In this document: positions 31,274-40,803 of the stretch, piece by piece | Layout of the letters: every line of letters begins with the position of its first letter | How positions within the stretch are numbered: the stretch's first letter is position 1 | NCBI GenBank assembly: GCA_044359815.1 | Contig: JBIKLL010000003.1 | Coordinates: 65,720 to 129,719, forward strand | Direction: 5' to 3' | DNA: 64,000 bases | Source: Pseudobdellovibrionaceae bacterium | Lineage (GTDB): Bacteria > Bdellovibrionota > Bdellovibrionia > Bdellovibrionales > Bdellovibrionaceae | Translations under genes and position numbers: made by a program | Notes under the pieces: model-generated | The model's database searches: none | What the model was told of the DNA's origin: nothing | Seen by the model: only the letters and a program-made list of their open reading frames with translations

Positions 31274-32245
31274 ATGTCGGCAAATAATAAACGTAACTCT
31301 AACAACGTGGTTAAGTCATTGATTGATGACTTAGAAAAAGACAATCAGGCTTTGCCTGATGAAGTCCTTAGGGCACCAGGTGCTAAATCACAAACCAATG
31401 GTGATGACGACAGAACAACTTTGTTACCGGGCGCGCCGCCGGCACCGCCACCGTTCAAGAAAAAGCCCCCACAATTTCCGATCGTCAACGAACTGCCAGT
31501 GGATGAATTTTCAAGCTCTAATGCAGCTACAAAAGTCGTAGGTTCCAAAAATCAACCGCCCGTCATACCCGACACACCGATTGATTTCCCAGAGCCTGCG
31601 CCACAAACAACTTTTGGAGTTTCAGGATCAGTGCCGACACAGCCAGGCCTGGCGCAGTTTGAAAGCCTGAAGCTGGCTCAGCAAAGAATCTTGGAACTGG
31701 AGCGCGAAGTTGAAAATCTGCGCAGGGACAATGAATCCCTGGCGGCGGGGCAAGAGGCCAACAAAAACAAATTGGAAGAATTGTTTTTAAAAGCCCAGAG
31801 CCTGGAAAAATCCCGTGATGAATTGCGCGATCAAAGCGAAGCCGATTTGCGAATAATGAGGGACAGTTTGCAGTATAAAGAAGCCGAATTAGCCCGATTT
31901 AAATTAAAGCTTCAGGAAACTGATGGCAAAGTGACCTCGGACATCAAGCGTGTCAGGGTTCGTGAGCGCGAGCTTGAAAACCGATTAGAGCTTGTTCGAA
32001 TCGAAAAAAACGCCCTGTTAAAATCTAAAGACGACATGATTTTAGAGCTTAAACGTAAGATGGATTTCCTAAGCACAGAGCTTGAATCCTACAAAGAAAA
32101 ATATTTCGAACAAAACCAAAGGCTTGAGGCCAATCAAGAAAAGCTCAGCCGAGCGGCCCGGGCGATGCGTGCCACCCTGACGAATATCGAAGTTGAAGAG
32201 ATTATGAACACCAATCCTTCTGCTAAGCTCAAAAAAGCTGAATAA
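31274..32245 (+). CDS. Hypothetical protein, Pro-rich N-terminus and long coiled coil
   Basis: PPAPPP region followed by ~190 aa of heptad-rich sequence. Confidence 0.75.
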   Translation: MSANNKRNSNNVVKSLIDDLEKDNQALPDEVLRAPGAKSQTNGDDDRTTLLPGAPPAPPPFKKKPPQFPIVNELPVDEFSSSNAATKVVGSKNQPPVIPDTPIDFPEPAPQTTFGVSGSVPTQPGLAQFESLKLAQQRILELEREVENLRRDNESLAAGQEANKNKLEELFLKAQSLEKSRDELRDQSEADLRIMRDSLQYKEAELARFKLKLQETDGKVTSDIKRVRVRERELENRLELVRIEKNALLKSKDDMILELKRKMDFLSTELESYKEKYFEQNQRLEANQEKLSRAARAMRATLTNIEVEEIMNTNPSAKLKKAE

Positions 32246-32253
32246 TATAAACT

Positions 32254-33360
32254 ATGGAAGTTGTCGAAACCACCAAGCCAGTTAAAAAAATAAAATTGGT
32301 CATCAGTGATTTGCATTTAGGCAAAGGTAAAATCCTGCAAGGCGGTGGATTGAATTGGCTTGAGGAGTTTTATTACCAAGAAAAGCTGGTGGAGTTTTTT
32401 CAGTATTATTCTTCAGGGGCCTTTAGGGATTTTGAAGTCGAGCTGATCATCAATGGTGATTTTTTAAATTTTCTGCAGACGGATTATAAAGGTCATTTTT
32501 TAACTGTGCTGACTGAATCCATTTGCGTGCAGATTTTGAAGGACATCATCAATGGCCATCAGAAAGTTTTTAAGGCCATGAGGGATTTTACCAGTAATCC
32601 CCAAAACACAATCACTTATGTGGTTGGCAATCATGATCAGGCGATGTTGTGGCCAGCGTGCAGGGCTTTGTTTAACGAAGCCGCAGGGACGTCGGTACGA
32701 TTTAAAAACATAGTTTATTTTTTTGATGGTGTGCATATCGAACACGGTCACATGCACGAAGCTGCCAACCGGTTGGACCCCAGAAGGTTTTTTCTGAAAA
32801 AGGAACTGGTCGAGCCGATTTTGAATTTGCCGTTTGGTTCACATTTTTTTGTCGAGCTGGTTTTAAAGATCAAAGAACGTTATCCTTACATAGATAAAAT
32901 CAGACCCTTTTCAAAAATGATCAGATGGTATTTTATCAACGAAACCAGAATGGCATTTTTTACGTTTTTTCAGCTGGTGGGGTTTTTTCTGAAATCGGCG
33001 TTTACCAAGGATCATCGGCGCAATTGGTCAGTCAAAAAATTATTTCAGATTATTTTGGAAAGCGCTGTGTTTCCTGATCTGACCAATGCGGCCCGAAAAA
33101 TCCTAAACGATGAGCGGGTGCACACTGTGATTTTTGGTCACAATCATATTTACACATACCGGCAGTGGTCAGAGAGCAAAGAGTACTTTAATACCGGGAC
33201 ATGGACCGAAATCACATCCCTGGATGTCGTCAGTTTTGGTAAAATCACTAAGCTGACTTTTGTTTTAATCGAATATCCCGAGGACGGCGGCAGACCCCGC
33301 GGCCGTTTAAAAGAATGGCGCGGCTACCACCGTATCGAAGAAGACGTCGCCGTCTCTTAA
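32254..33360 (+). CDS. Calcineurin-like metallophosphoesterase
   Basis: ISDLHLG, NGDFL, VGNHD, EHGH, FGHNH. Confidence 0.85.
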   Translation: MEVVETTKPVKKIKLVISDLHLGKGKILQGGGLNWLEEFYYQEKLVEFFQYYSSGAFRDFEVELIINGDFLNFLQTDYKGHFLTVLTESICVQILKDIINGHQKVFKAMRDFTSNPQNTITYVVGNHDQAMLWPACRALFNEAAGTSVRFKNIVYFFDGVHIEHGHMHEAANRLDPRRFFLKKELVEPILNLPFGSHFFVELVLKIKERYPYIDKIRPFSKMIRWYFINETRMAFFTFFQLVGFFLKSAFTKDHRRNWSVKKLFQIILESAVFPDLTNAARKILNDERVHTVIFGHNHIYTYRQWSESKEYFNTGTWTEITSLDVVSFGKITKLTFVLIEYPEDGGRPRGRLKEWRGYHRIEEDVAVS

Positions 33361-33651
33361 AAAGAGACCGTACGACTTTTTCTGTCTACAGCGCACGATA
33401 AATAACAATAACCTAAATTGCACCGTAATGCCTTTTATAAAAAGATTAGAGATTATTTAGCTCAAAGACTCGAACAGCGGGCGTCAAGCTGCTCGCATTA
33501 TTTGAGATCCAAGAATGTAAATCATCCGCGCAGCTTAACGTCCGAACTCGTCTTTGAACTAAATCATCTCTAATCTTTTTATAAAAGGCATTACGGCCTT
33601 TTTAACCTTTTATCGCGCACTGTAGACAGAAAAAGTTGTACGGTCTCTTTT
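33360..33651. repeat. Long hairpin (REPIN-like) bounded by an inverted pair of REP-A repeats
   Basis: REP-A (aaaagagaccgtacgactttttctgtctacag) at 33360-33391 and inverted at 33620-33651; inner arms ccgtaatgccttttataaaaagattagagat / atctctaatctttttataaaaggcattacgg. Confidence 0.9.
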
Positions 33652-33671
33652 GGATGGTTTAGGCTGGGTGA

Positions 33672-34889
33672 ATGATTAAATCAGCGTTTTCAAAAACTAC
33701 AGATACTGATTGGCTTATTAAATCCAAAAATTCTTTGCAGATGGTTTTGTTTAATGAACATTTGGGATTTAAGGATTTGCCCAGTGACGACACCAATTGG
33801 AACCAAGCCCTGCAGTTTGCCGACAAAATCAAAACGATGTGTTCGACCTGGGTGGTGGTTGGATTGGGCGGAAGCTCATTGGGCGCAAAGGCCGTTATCG
33901 AAGCCCTGCAATCAGCCAAACAATCACGGATTTGGTTTTTTGATAATCTGGACAACAATGAATATCTGGAATTCAAACAAGCCCAACCAAACTGGCAATC
34001 AGTGGGATTTTTATTAATTTCTAAAAGCGGCAATACACTGGAAACCGTCGTTCATACCGAGCGCATTGTCGGGGATTTGAAAAAGCAAAATCTAAAATTA
34101 AATCAGCATTTGTTTGTGATCACCGAAGACAAAACTAGCCCTCTTAAAAAATTTGCTCAGCAAAATGATTTATTGCAGGCACCGGTTCCGTTAAATGTCG
34201 GTGGCAGATTTTCGGTTTTGTCCTGCGTGGGGTTGGTGCCCATTGCATTGATGGGGATTGATTTAAAGCAATTGCGATTTGGTGCCACGGCCGCCACAAA
34301 ATCTTTGGACCTGGTTGCTGAAATGGCAACTCAAATGACTGACAGTTTTTACCGCAATGAATCTGTGACGTATTTTTGGTTTTATTCATCCAAGCTCAGA
34401 CAATTAGGGATGTGGCTTCAGCAATTATGGGCTGAATCACTGGGTAAAAAATCCGACAGGGCAGGCCATATGCCAGTGCAGGCGTCGATACCTATAGTTT
34501 GCGTGGGGGCATCGGATCAGCATTCGGTTTTGCAACAAAATCTGGAAACCAAAATCAAGCATTGGGATTTGTTTTTCACTGTCGAAAATTCAGAATCCGA
34601 TATGGCCATTGGCCAATGTCAGTTTGAGGGTTTTGAATATTTAAACGGTAAAACCATGCATGGAGTTTTAAACACTCAGGCAAAAGCCAATGAAGCCGTG
34701 ATGAACGAATTAGGCATCAAGACTGGACATCTGTCGATAAACAAAATTTCGCCCGAGTCCCTGGGGTTTTTATTGATGTACTGGGAGCTTGTGATTGCCA
34801 CAGTTGGTGAAAACCTTAACATCAATGCTTTTGATCAGCCCAGTGTCGAGCTGGGCAAAAGGTTAGCCAAAGACTTGTTATCAAAGTGA
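33672..34889 (+). CDS. pgi: Glucose-6-phosphate isomerase
   Basis: GLGGSSLG, SKSGNTLET, VGGRFSVLS, QLWAESLGK, DQHS, NAFDQPSVELGK. Confidence 0.93.
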   Translation: MIKSAFSKTTDTDWLIKSKNSLQMVLFNEHLGFKDLPSDDTNWNQALQFADKIKTMCSTWVVVGLGGSSLGAKAVIEALQSAKQSRIWFFDNLDNNEYLEFKQAQPNWQSVGFLLISKSGNTLETVVHTERIVGDLKKQNLKLNQHLFVITEDKTSPLKKFAQQNDLLQAPVPLNVGGRFSVLSCVGLVPIALMGIDLKQLRFGATAATKSLDLVAEMATQMTDSFYRNESVTYFWFYSSKLRQLGMWLQQLWAESLGKKSDRAGHMPVQASIPIVCVGASDQHSVLQQNLETKIKHWDLFFTVENSESDMAIGQCQFEGFEYLNGKTMHGVLNTQAKANEAVMNELGIKTGHLSINKISPESLGFLLMYWELVIATVGENLNINAFDQPSVELGKRLAKDLLSK

Positions 34890-34929
34890 TTGTTGAATCG
34901 GTCACAGTGCATATCTATAATAATTCTAC

Positions 34930-35844
34930 ATGGTTCCAGCAGATGACGAAAAAACCAGTATAGTTGCCTCGGATACTTTCAAGGGGCGACTGAAAGCCGC
35001 AGATGATGCACCACCCGCATTGGTTGTACTAATGGGCCCTGGTGGTTACGTGGGTAAACAGTTCGCGCTGCTGGAAAAAGAAATGTATCTGGGCAGATCA
35101 GTTGAATCACATATTTATGTCGATGATAAATCAGTGTCCAGATCCCATGCGCGAATCACTGTCAATGGTTCAGAGTGCACGATCGAAGATTTGGGTTCAT
35201 CCAACAAAACAATTATCAACGGACAAACCTTGGGCCCGGCTCAGCCGACCAGGCTTCGAAATAACGATCAGATTAAAACTGGAAATATTATTTTTAAATT
35301 TCTGGAAAAAGGCAGTCTGGAAACCATTACTCACCAAGAGTTGACCGAAAAAGCCATGAAGGACGCATTAACGGGTGCATTTACCAAAGGTGCATTGTTG
35401 GAAAAAGGCCCCGAGGCCATGAAGCGTTCTGATTTTTTGAAGGAAGAATTATCTGTCGTGGTTTTTGATATCGATTTTTTTAAAAAGATTAATGATACCT
35501 ACGGGCATCCCTGTGGTGATTATGTTTTAAAACATTTGGCCCACGTGGTGGGAACCAAGCTAGTCCGTGCGAACGATTATTTTGCCAGATATGGTGGCGA
35601 GGAATTTGTGATTCTGTTGTCAGGCGCTGCGATGACTCGTGCAATGGATGTGGCCGAAAGGGTCAGATCCACAGTGCAAGCGACAGAGTTTGAATTTGAG
35701 GGCCACAAAATACCTGTGACAGTGTCATTGGGTGTGGCCAGCCGAATCCCGACTGAAACAGAATGGGATGATTTATTTCAACGCGCTGACGACGCTCTGT
35801 ACGTCAGCAAACGCAACGGCCGTAACCGAGTCACCGCGGCTTAA
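34930..35844 (+). CDS. dgcB: FHA-GGDEF diguanylate cyclase (DgcB-like)
   Basis: N-terminal tail DEKTSIV; FHA (LGRS...SVSRSHA...DLGSSNKT); GGEEF active site; RAND I-site. Confidence 0.8.
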   Translation: MVPADDEKTSIVASDTFKGRLKAADDAPPALVVLMGPGGYVGKQFALLEKEMYLGRSVESHIYVDDKSVSRSHARITVNGSECTIEDLGSSNKTIINGQTLGPAQPTRLRNNDQIKTGNIIFKFLEKGSLETITHQELTEKAMKDALTGAFTKGALLEKGPEAMKRSDFLKEELSVVVFDIDFFKKINDTYGHPCGDYVLKHLAHVVGTKLVRANDYFARYGGEEFVILLSGAAMTRAMDVAERVRSTVQATEFEFEGHKIPVTVSLGVASRIPTETEWDDLFQRADDALYVSKRNGRNRVTAA

Positions 35845-35854
35845 GCACCAGGCG

Positions 35855-35884
35855 CGCAGCTACCTACCGCCACGGTGGCGGTAA
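35855..35884 (+). repeat. REP-B palindromic repeat, copy 1
   Basis: cgcagctacctaccgccacggtggcggtaa. Confidence 0.8.
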
Positions 35885-36035
35885 GTAATAAATTAATATT
35901 TATTTAGGATTTTGCGCCTTCGTCAGAAATAACTAGTCGCAATCTGCTTACGTCACGCGCCTCCGCCAGGAAGGCCAGGCGCTGTTTTTTCACTCACTAC
36001 TTTTGCTAACATATTTTCCATCTATTTTTATCGCG

Positions 36036-36067
36036 CTGTAGACAGAAAAAGTCGTACGGTCTCTTTT
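36036..36067 (-). repeat. REP-A repeat, single copy
   Basis: ctgtagacagaaaaagtcgtacggtctctttt. Confidence 0.9.
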
Positions 36068-36072
36068 TGCGG

Positions 36073-36477
36073 TTACTTTTCGCGGCGTTCGATTACCAAG
36101 CTGTCGGTAACGACTGGGCCGTTATCGGTTTGGCAAGTGCTGCGGATTTTCAATACCATATTTGCTACTTGGTACAATGAAGGCATGCCTTCGATGTCAC
36201 ACTCATGAGCGTTAACGATACCGATATCGATACCCTTTTCTGACAATTCTTTCATTGTGATTGGTGATTCGGATTTGCCAGTAACCAGTATAGTGGTTTT
36301 CTCTGCATCCATTTTTAAATTACAGTATTGGCTAAATTGCTTTGCAACAGCGACAGGGCCCGACACATAGGCATTGGCAACTTCTGCAGTTACGCAAGAA
36401 GCAGCCGCGGAATTAGCAAAAAACATTGATACCGAAAAAACCGTAAACGCCATCAGACAGATCATTGCATTTTTCAT
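36073..36477 (-). CDS. Hypothetical secreted protein (4 Cys in mature part)
   Basis: AAGGAG SD; signal peptide ending SAAA. Confidence 0.75.
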   Translation of the reverse strand: MKNAMICLMAFTVFSVSMFFANSAAASCVTAEVANAYVSGPVAVAKQFSQYCNLKMDAEKTTILVTGKSESPITMKELSEKGIDIGIVNAHECDIEGMPSLYQVANMVLKIRSTCQTDNGPVVTDSLVIERREK

Positions 36478-36710
36478 GAAAATCTCCTTTGCAGTCAGCA
36501 GGGTTAAGTGGATTGCTGAATTCTGTTGGACTCAACCTATAGCAATAATTTTGCTGCATGACTAGGCTAAGCAAAAAACCTTGTGTCACGTTTTTGTTAG
36601 GGTTCGATCGGACTGCTGTTTTTATGTCGACGCCGAATGCGTTAAGCTTTGAGTGTCCAAAATTTCAGAAATAAAAACCAGGGCTCAACAATTTTACAAA
36701 AGGGGATTGA

Positions 36711-37208
36711 ATGAAAAATCTAATTATAGCAGCAGCGACTGTATTGTTTTGTGGTTCAGCGATGGCCGTTGATGGTCCATTGTGGGCGTGCAAACTGAAA
36801 GCTGATCTGTCAGGCGAAAAAGTCGGTTTAGGCATTGCCCATTCGGCATTAAAAGGCCCTGGTGTTATCAATTGCAGAACAGCTGATGGCGAACAGGTTC
36901 GACAACTGCCAGTGAATGTAAAAATTTACGGCTGGGGTGTGGGCTTGGGCTATGCTGACGTTGAGCACGTGTCTTTGTACGCTTTGGGTTTGGGATTGGT
37001 AACTGATCCTGAAACTTTGGCCAGCAAATACAGCCTGGGGATTTCTGCAGGTGCTGATTTGATTTCAAAGGGTTTGGATTTTGACGTTGCATTGACTGGC
37101 AGAGACAAAAGGGGCTTTGGGCTTGAGATCGGTTTAACAGCTGAGGATTCATCAGGCTTACAGGTTTCTGTGGTTGGTAAATACATGAAAGTGTCATTAG
37201 CTAATTAA
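36711..37208 (+). CDS. Hypothetical secreted Gly-rich beta protein
   Basis: Signal peptide MKNLIIAAATVLFCGSAMA; AAGGGG SD. Confidence 0.75.
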   Translation: MKNLIIAAATVLFCGSAMAVDGPLWACKLKADLSGEKVGLGIAHSALKGPGVINCRTADGEQVRQLPVNVKIYGWGVGLGYADVEHVSLYALGLGLVTDPETLASKYSLGISAGADLISKGLDFDVALTGRDKRGFGLEIGLTAEDSSGLQVSVVGKYMKVSLAN

Positions 37209-37341
37209 TTTTGGTTATTTTATCCGGCAGTTTTCACGCACCTGACAGCCAGACAAGTTTAGGTGGCAGAAATTGCACGGAATGAATTTTCGGTTATCTG
37301 TGGTGGTATCAGAGGGGAATGGTATCATCGCTATCTCGAAC

Positions 37342-37379
37342 AAAAAGCCCGGCTTGTTCCTGAACAAACCGGGCTTTTA
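37342..37379. terminator. Putative bidirectional intrinsic terminator
   Basis: aaaaagcccgg...ccgggctttt hairpin between convergent genes. Confidence 0.65.
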
Positions 37380-37391
37380 TTGAAAAGAGAC

Positions 37392-37517
37392 TGAAAAGAG
37401 ACCGTACGACTTTTTCTGTCTACATTGCAGAATTTTTGAAGTTTGTTTCAGAGTGTTACAGGAATGTTTTCGAGAATTCTGCAATGTAGACAGAAAAAGT
37501 CGTACGGTCTCTTTTCA
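37392..37517. repeat. Inverted REP-A pair (REPIN-like)
   Basis: REP-A at 37394-37424 and inverted at 37485-37515; arms extend inward (ttgcagaatt/aattctgcaa). Confidence 0.9.
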
Positions 37518-37858
37518 AATCGGAACATACTCATTTCAGTTTCATCAGCATCGCCACAGTCAAGCGCGTAGCAAGGAACGGTATGAGGGATAGGGGATGT
37601 TCCTTCATCCCGACGTTCGCGTTCTTGGTCAGTAACAAAGTCTCCACGGTAGGTTCCATTAGCAATTTCAGTAAATGCCGAACCATCACTGGGAGGGTTA
37701 CCGTCTGGATCGTAAGTTCCCCTGGTGCTCGGTGAATCGGAAGAGCCTTCAGAAGATGTCCCGCCACCGCCGCCGTCACCACCAGATTCGCTTTGTGCCA
37801 TCGAGCTAAGGCTCATCAGTCACAACACTATGACTATTAGGTATTTTGCTATGTTCAT
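37448..37858 (-). pseudogene. Disrupted paralogue of the 37860-38219 secreted protein
   Basis: ATG at 37858 reads MNIAKYLIVIVL*LMSLSSMAQSESGGDGGGG; codon 13 is TGA where the paralogue has GGA; 3' end reads into the REP pair. Confidence 0.7.
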
Positions 37859-37859
37859 A

Positions 37860-38219
37860 TCAACGTCCCATAAAGAATCTGAAAGTTTTTAAAGGATCCT
37901 GAGTTTGACTAGGATCGCATACGACTGAATAACATGGAGTCTTCGATCGGTTTCTTTCTTGAATTTCGCGCTCCATTTCCCTCTCGGATTCTCGAGTGGC
38001 TTCATGTTCTCGCTCTTGCGCTGGTCCCCAATCAGGAGTTGAATTTTCGAAATTTGAATCAGTTCCATATGAACTATCATCATATGTTGAACCTCCATCC
38101 TGAGTGGATGTGCCACCTGTTGTCCCGCCGCCGCCGTCACCACCAGATTCGCTTTGTGCCATCGAGCTTAGGCTCATCAGTCCCAGAACTATGACTATTA
38201 GGTATTTTGCTATCGTCAT
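37860..38219 (-). CDS. Small secreted acidic low-complexity protein
   Basis: GAGGGGG SD; signal peptide; AQSESGGDGGGG; C-terminal PCYSVVC. Confidence 0.7.
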   Translation of the reverse strand: MTIAKYLIVIVLGLMSLSSMAQSESGGDGGGGTTGGTSTQDGGSTYDDSSYGTDSNFENSTPDWGPAQEREHEATRESEREMEREIQERNRSKTPCYSVVCDPSQTQDPLKTFRFFMGR

Positions 38220-38596
38220 TAAAATCCCCCTCTAAAATTGAAACACTGTCTTAAAAACGGTTATTGCTAATAATGAAATGCAAATCGGATTCCAGGTTGG
38301 ATAAGCAAAATATTGCTGGCTGCACCCATCACGGTGTTCAATCATCACAGATTGACTATGATTTCTGCGCCTCAAAATCATCATGGGTTGCGTATATGCA
38401 ACCCCGATGTCTCAGTCTGGGATATTCGATTTTATGCGTATAAAAACTAACATCGAATAACATTTTACCACTGACATCTGTGCAGCCAACACAGGCGGTG
38501 ATGAAGATTGAATGTAAAAATGATTTTCAGTGTTTCAATTAAGCATCATTGTTGTGCGCACCAGGACCTGCGAAAATAAAAGTCATCGGAGGCAAT

Positions 38597-38992
38597 ATGG
38601 GATTGAAATTAAGTTTGGTAATTATAGCTTTATTTTTATTGAATGCGTGTGGATTTGGTTTGACCCCACGACAAGAACAGGCGATCGATGCGGTTCAAAC
38701 TGGAGTTGGTTTCGTGGTTAATAACGATCCAACGGCACCTACGGGTAAGGCAGTATGTCCGAACACGGGTAACAATCTGAAGGCTGCTTGTTATGCTGGG
38801 ATGAAATTTGAATGTTCGACGGGTGGCCAGGTCACCTGTGTAGGTGATAGTTTGATCGTGGATTCTGCAAGCAAAAAATATCGAGTAGAGTTTGACTGCG
38901 GTGCTGGTAACACCATCAAATTGGTTAATGATGTTCAGCCCGGCGATGAATACAGCTGCGCATTGGGTACTATGACAGTTCTAGGGTTTTAG
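38597..38992 (+). CDS. Cys-rich lipoprotein
   Basis: GGAGG SD; lipobox LNAC; six further Cys. Confidence 0.75.
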   Translation: MGLKLSLVIIALFLLNACGFGLTPRQEQAIDAVQTGVGFVVNNDPTAPTGKAVCPNTGNNLKAACYAGMKFECSTGGQVTCVGDSLIVDSASKKYRVEFDCGAGNTIKLVNDVQPGDEYSCALGTMTVLGF

Positions 38993-39044
38993 TATTGGTG
39001 TGGGTGCGGTTGGGGTGCATTTGTTTGCACCCTGTGATTAGGGT

Positions 39045-40025
39045 TTAGACTTTTCTGGTGAGGTCTTTCCAGACCGAGTTTTTCCAAGGCAAAATATACG
39101 AATCATTGACATGAAATTTCCCCTGCAGCTCAGGAATTTTATCGAGCTCTTTCTGCAATTTCGGCAAATTATAAAACGGCACACTGGGATAACAATGATG
39201 TGCGGTGTGGTAGTTAACATTCAGTGGAGCGAAAAAAATCTTTTCAACAAAGCCACAATAAATATTTCGCGACGAGGACAGTTCGCCCTGATATGGCAAT
39301 CCAAAGTGCTCAGCAAGGCTACGCAGACGTAGGATTATCATTGTGACAAAGAAAAACGGTACAATCCAAAACAATACAAAATTTAAAAATAAGCCAAAAT
39401 AAAACATCAGTCCAAAAATTATTAAATAATAGCTGATACGAAATAATTTTGAACCTACGGAAGATTTTTGATTTTTTGAATTCTGTTTGGTTCTGCTGAG
39501 AGATTGATAAACCTCAATTAAGCCCCAGCCTAGGGTAATACGAACCAAAGACCAAAATAAATAAAGGCTATTAAATGGCGAAGTCCATTCGGGTCTGTTT
39601 ACTTTGAATTTCCAGTCAGGGTCCTGGTCAGAATTTAAGTATCTGTGATGATCTAAATGTCCGGCGCGATAACTTGCAGTGGTTACAAAACTGGGAAAGG
39701 CAAAAAATAAATCAGAAATCAGATCATTTGCATTTTTATTTTTAAGGATTCTGTAGTGGGAAGCATCATGCATTAATACCAAGAGTGCGTGCTGAATGGG
39801 TGAAACCAGCAGGGCTATAGCTATTTGTGAGATAGGGTTAGTGGTAGTGGTGAACCCATAAAATAAGATTACTATTGACGTCCATAGCGCAATGACTGTG
39901 CATATTGAATAAAGCTGATTAATGGCAGACAGTTCAGCTACTTTTTTTTTAATATTTGCGATGTTTTCTTTAGTTTCGATTTCACGTTCAAATGAGCAAT
40001 GCGGAAAAGTCTTAATGGCGATCAT
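39045..40025 (-). CDS. Membrane fatty-acid desaturase family protein
   Basis: Three His boxes HDASH, HLDHH, HTAHH; TM segments. Confidence 0.88.
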   Translation of the reverse strand: MIAIKTFPHCSFEREIETKENIANIKKKVAELSAINQLYSICTVIALWTSIVILFYGFTTTTNPISQIAIALLVSPIQHALLVLMHDASHYRILKNKNANDLISDLFFAFPSFVTTASYRAGHLDHHRYLNSDQDPDWKFKVNRPEWTSPFNSLYLFWSLVRITLGWGLIEVYQSLSRTKQNSKNQKSSVGSKLFRISYYLIIFGLMFYFGLFLNFVLFWIVPFFFVTMIILRLRSLAEHFGLPYQGELSSSRNIYCGFVEKIFFAPLNVNYHTAHHCYPSVPFYNLPKLQKELDKIPELQGKFHVNDSYILPWKNSVWKDLTRKV

Positions 40026-40696
40026 ACATTTTTAGAAAAAAGTTTTTCACCATTTTTAAAAGAATTCAAAATCATAATAGCATGTAGTTCTACGGTGCCT
40101 TCAAGAGTGTAAATTAATTCATCCAGCTTAGTATCGTTTTGAATTAACTCTTCAATGTATTTCTTCATGAAGTTATTGTGGCCGATGTCAACTTTTGCAT
40201 GTTCCAACAAAAAAGACATAGCATCTTCAGGCACTCCTTTAGATTTCAGAACTTCGACCCAGTTTGCTCCTTGATTTGTGGCTAAAAACTCAAGGTGAAA
40301 TAAATATCCCAGATAAGATTCAGGGCTTACAAACTGTATCTGATGTAATACAAACGCAATTAATGCTTTAGTAGTTGGCAGTGGCCTTGATTTAAAGATT
40401 AAATCCTCTTCTACGCCCAACGCCTGTAAGTCGTTTGCTGCATAAAGATCATGACCGATTTCAGAAATCGCATGTTTGTAAAACAACTCAATGGTTGATC
40501 TTGGATTATTTCTAAAAAATATTGTGGAGAAAGCTTGGATCTGTGGATTTAACGCCGTTTCATGGTAGGTTTCAAGAAGATAGCCCATATAGTTGGGTAA
40601 AGTTAAATTGCCGTTTAATACAGAATCCAAACCCCATTTTTTTGAGTTTTGTTCTACTACTTTTTGCCAATGATTCAAAATTTTATCAAACATCAT
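40022..40696 (-). CDS. Heme-oxygenase-like diiron enzyme (iron-containing redox enzyme / HDO superfamily)
   Basis: YLLETYH, HAISEIGHD, YLFHLE, EHAKVDIGH; start MMFDK with GGAG SD; 4-nt overlap with the desaturase. Confidence 0.78.
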   Translation of the reverse strand: MMFDKILNHWQKVVEQNSKKWGLDSVLNGNLTLPNYMGYLLETYHETALNPQIQAFSTIFFRNNPRSTIELFYKHAISEIGHDLYAANDLQALGVEEDLIFKSRPLPTTKALIAFVLHQIQFVSPESYLGYLFHLEFLATNQGANWVEVLKSKGVPEDAMSFLLEHAKVDIGHNNFMKKYIEELIQNDTKLDELIYTLEGTVELHAIMILNSFKNGEKLFSKNV

Positions 40697-40803
40697 AGAC
40701 TCCAATTTAATGTTAAAAAGTAAAAAGCTTAACCCAAATTCGATACTTGCTGGACTAAGGGCTGGCAAGAAGATCTTATAAAAAGCCGAATATAGATATA
40801 GGG

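Noticed and set aside
37820..37822. TGA aligned to a Gly codon as evidence of TGA recoding (code 25) or selenocysteine
   Set aside because: Many clear genes here end in TGA (e.g. tldD, cysK, pgi, rlmN); a single nonsense change is simpler.
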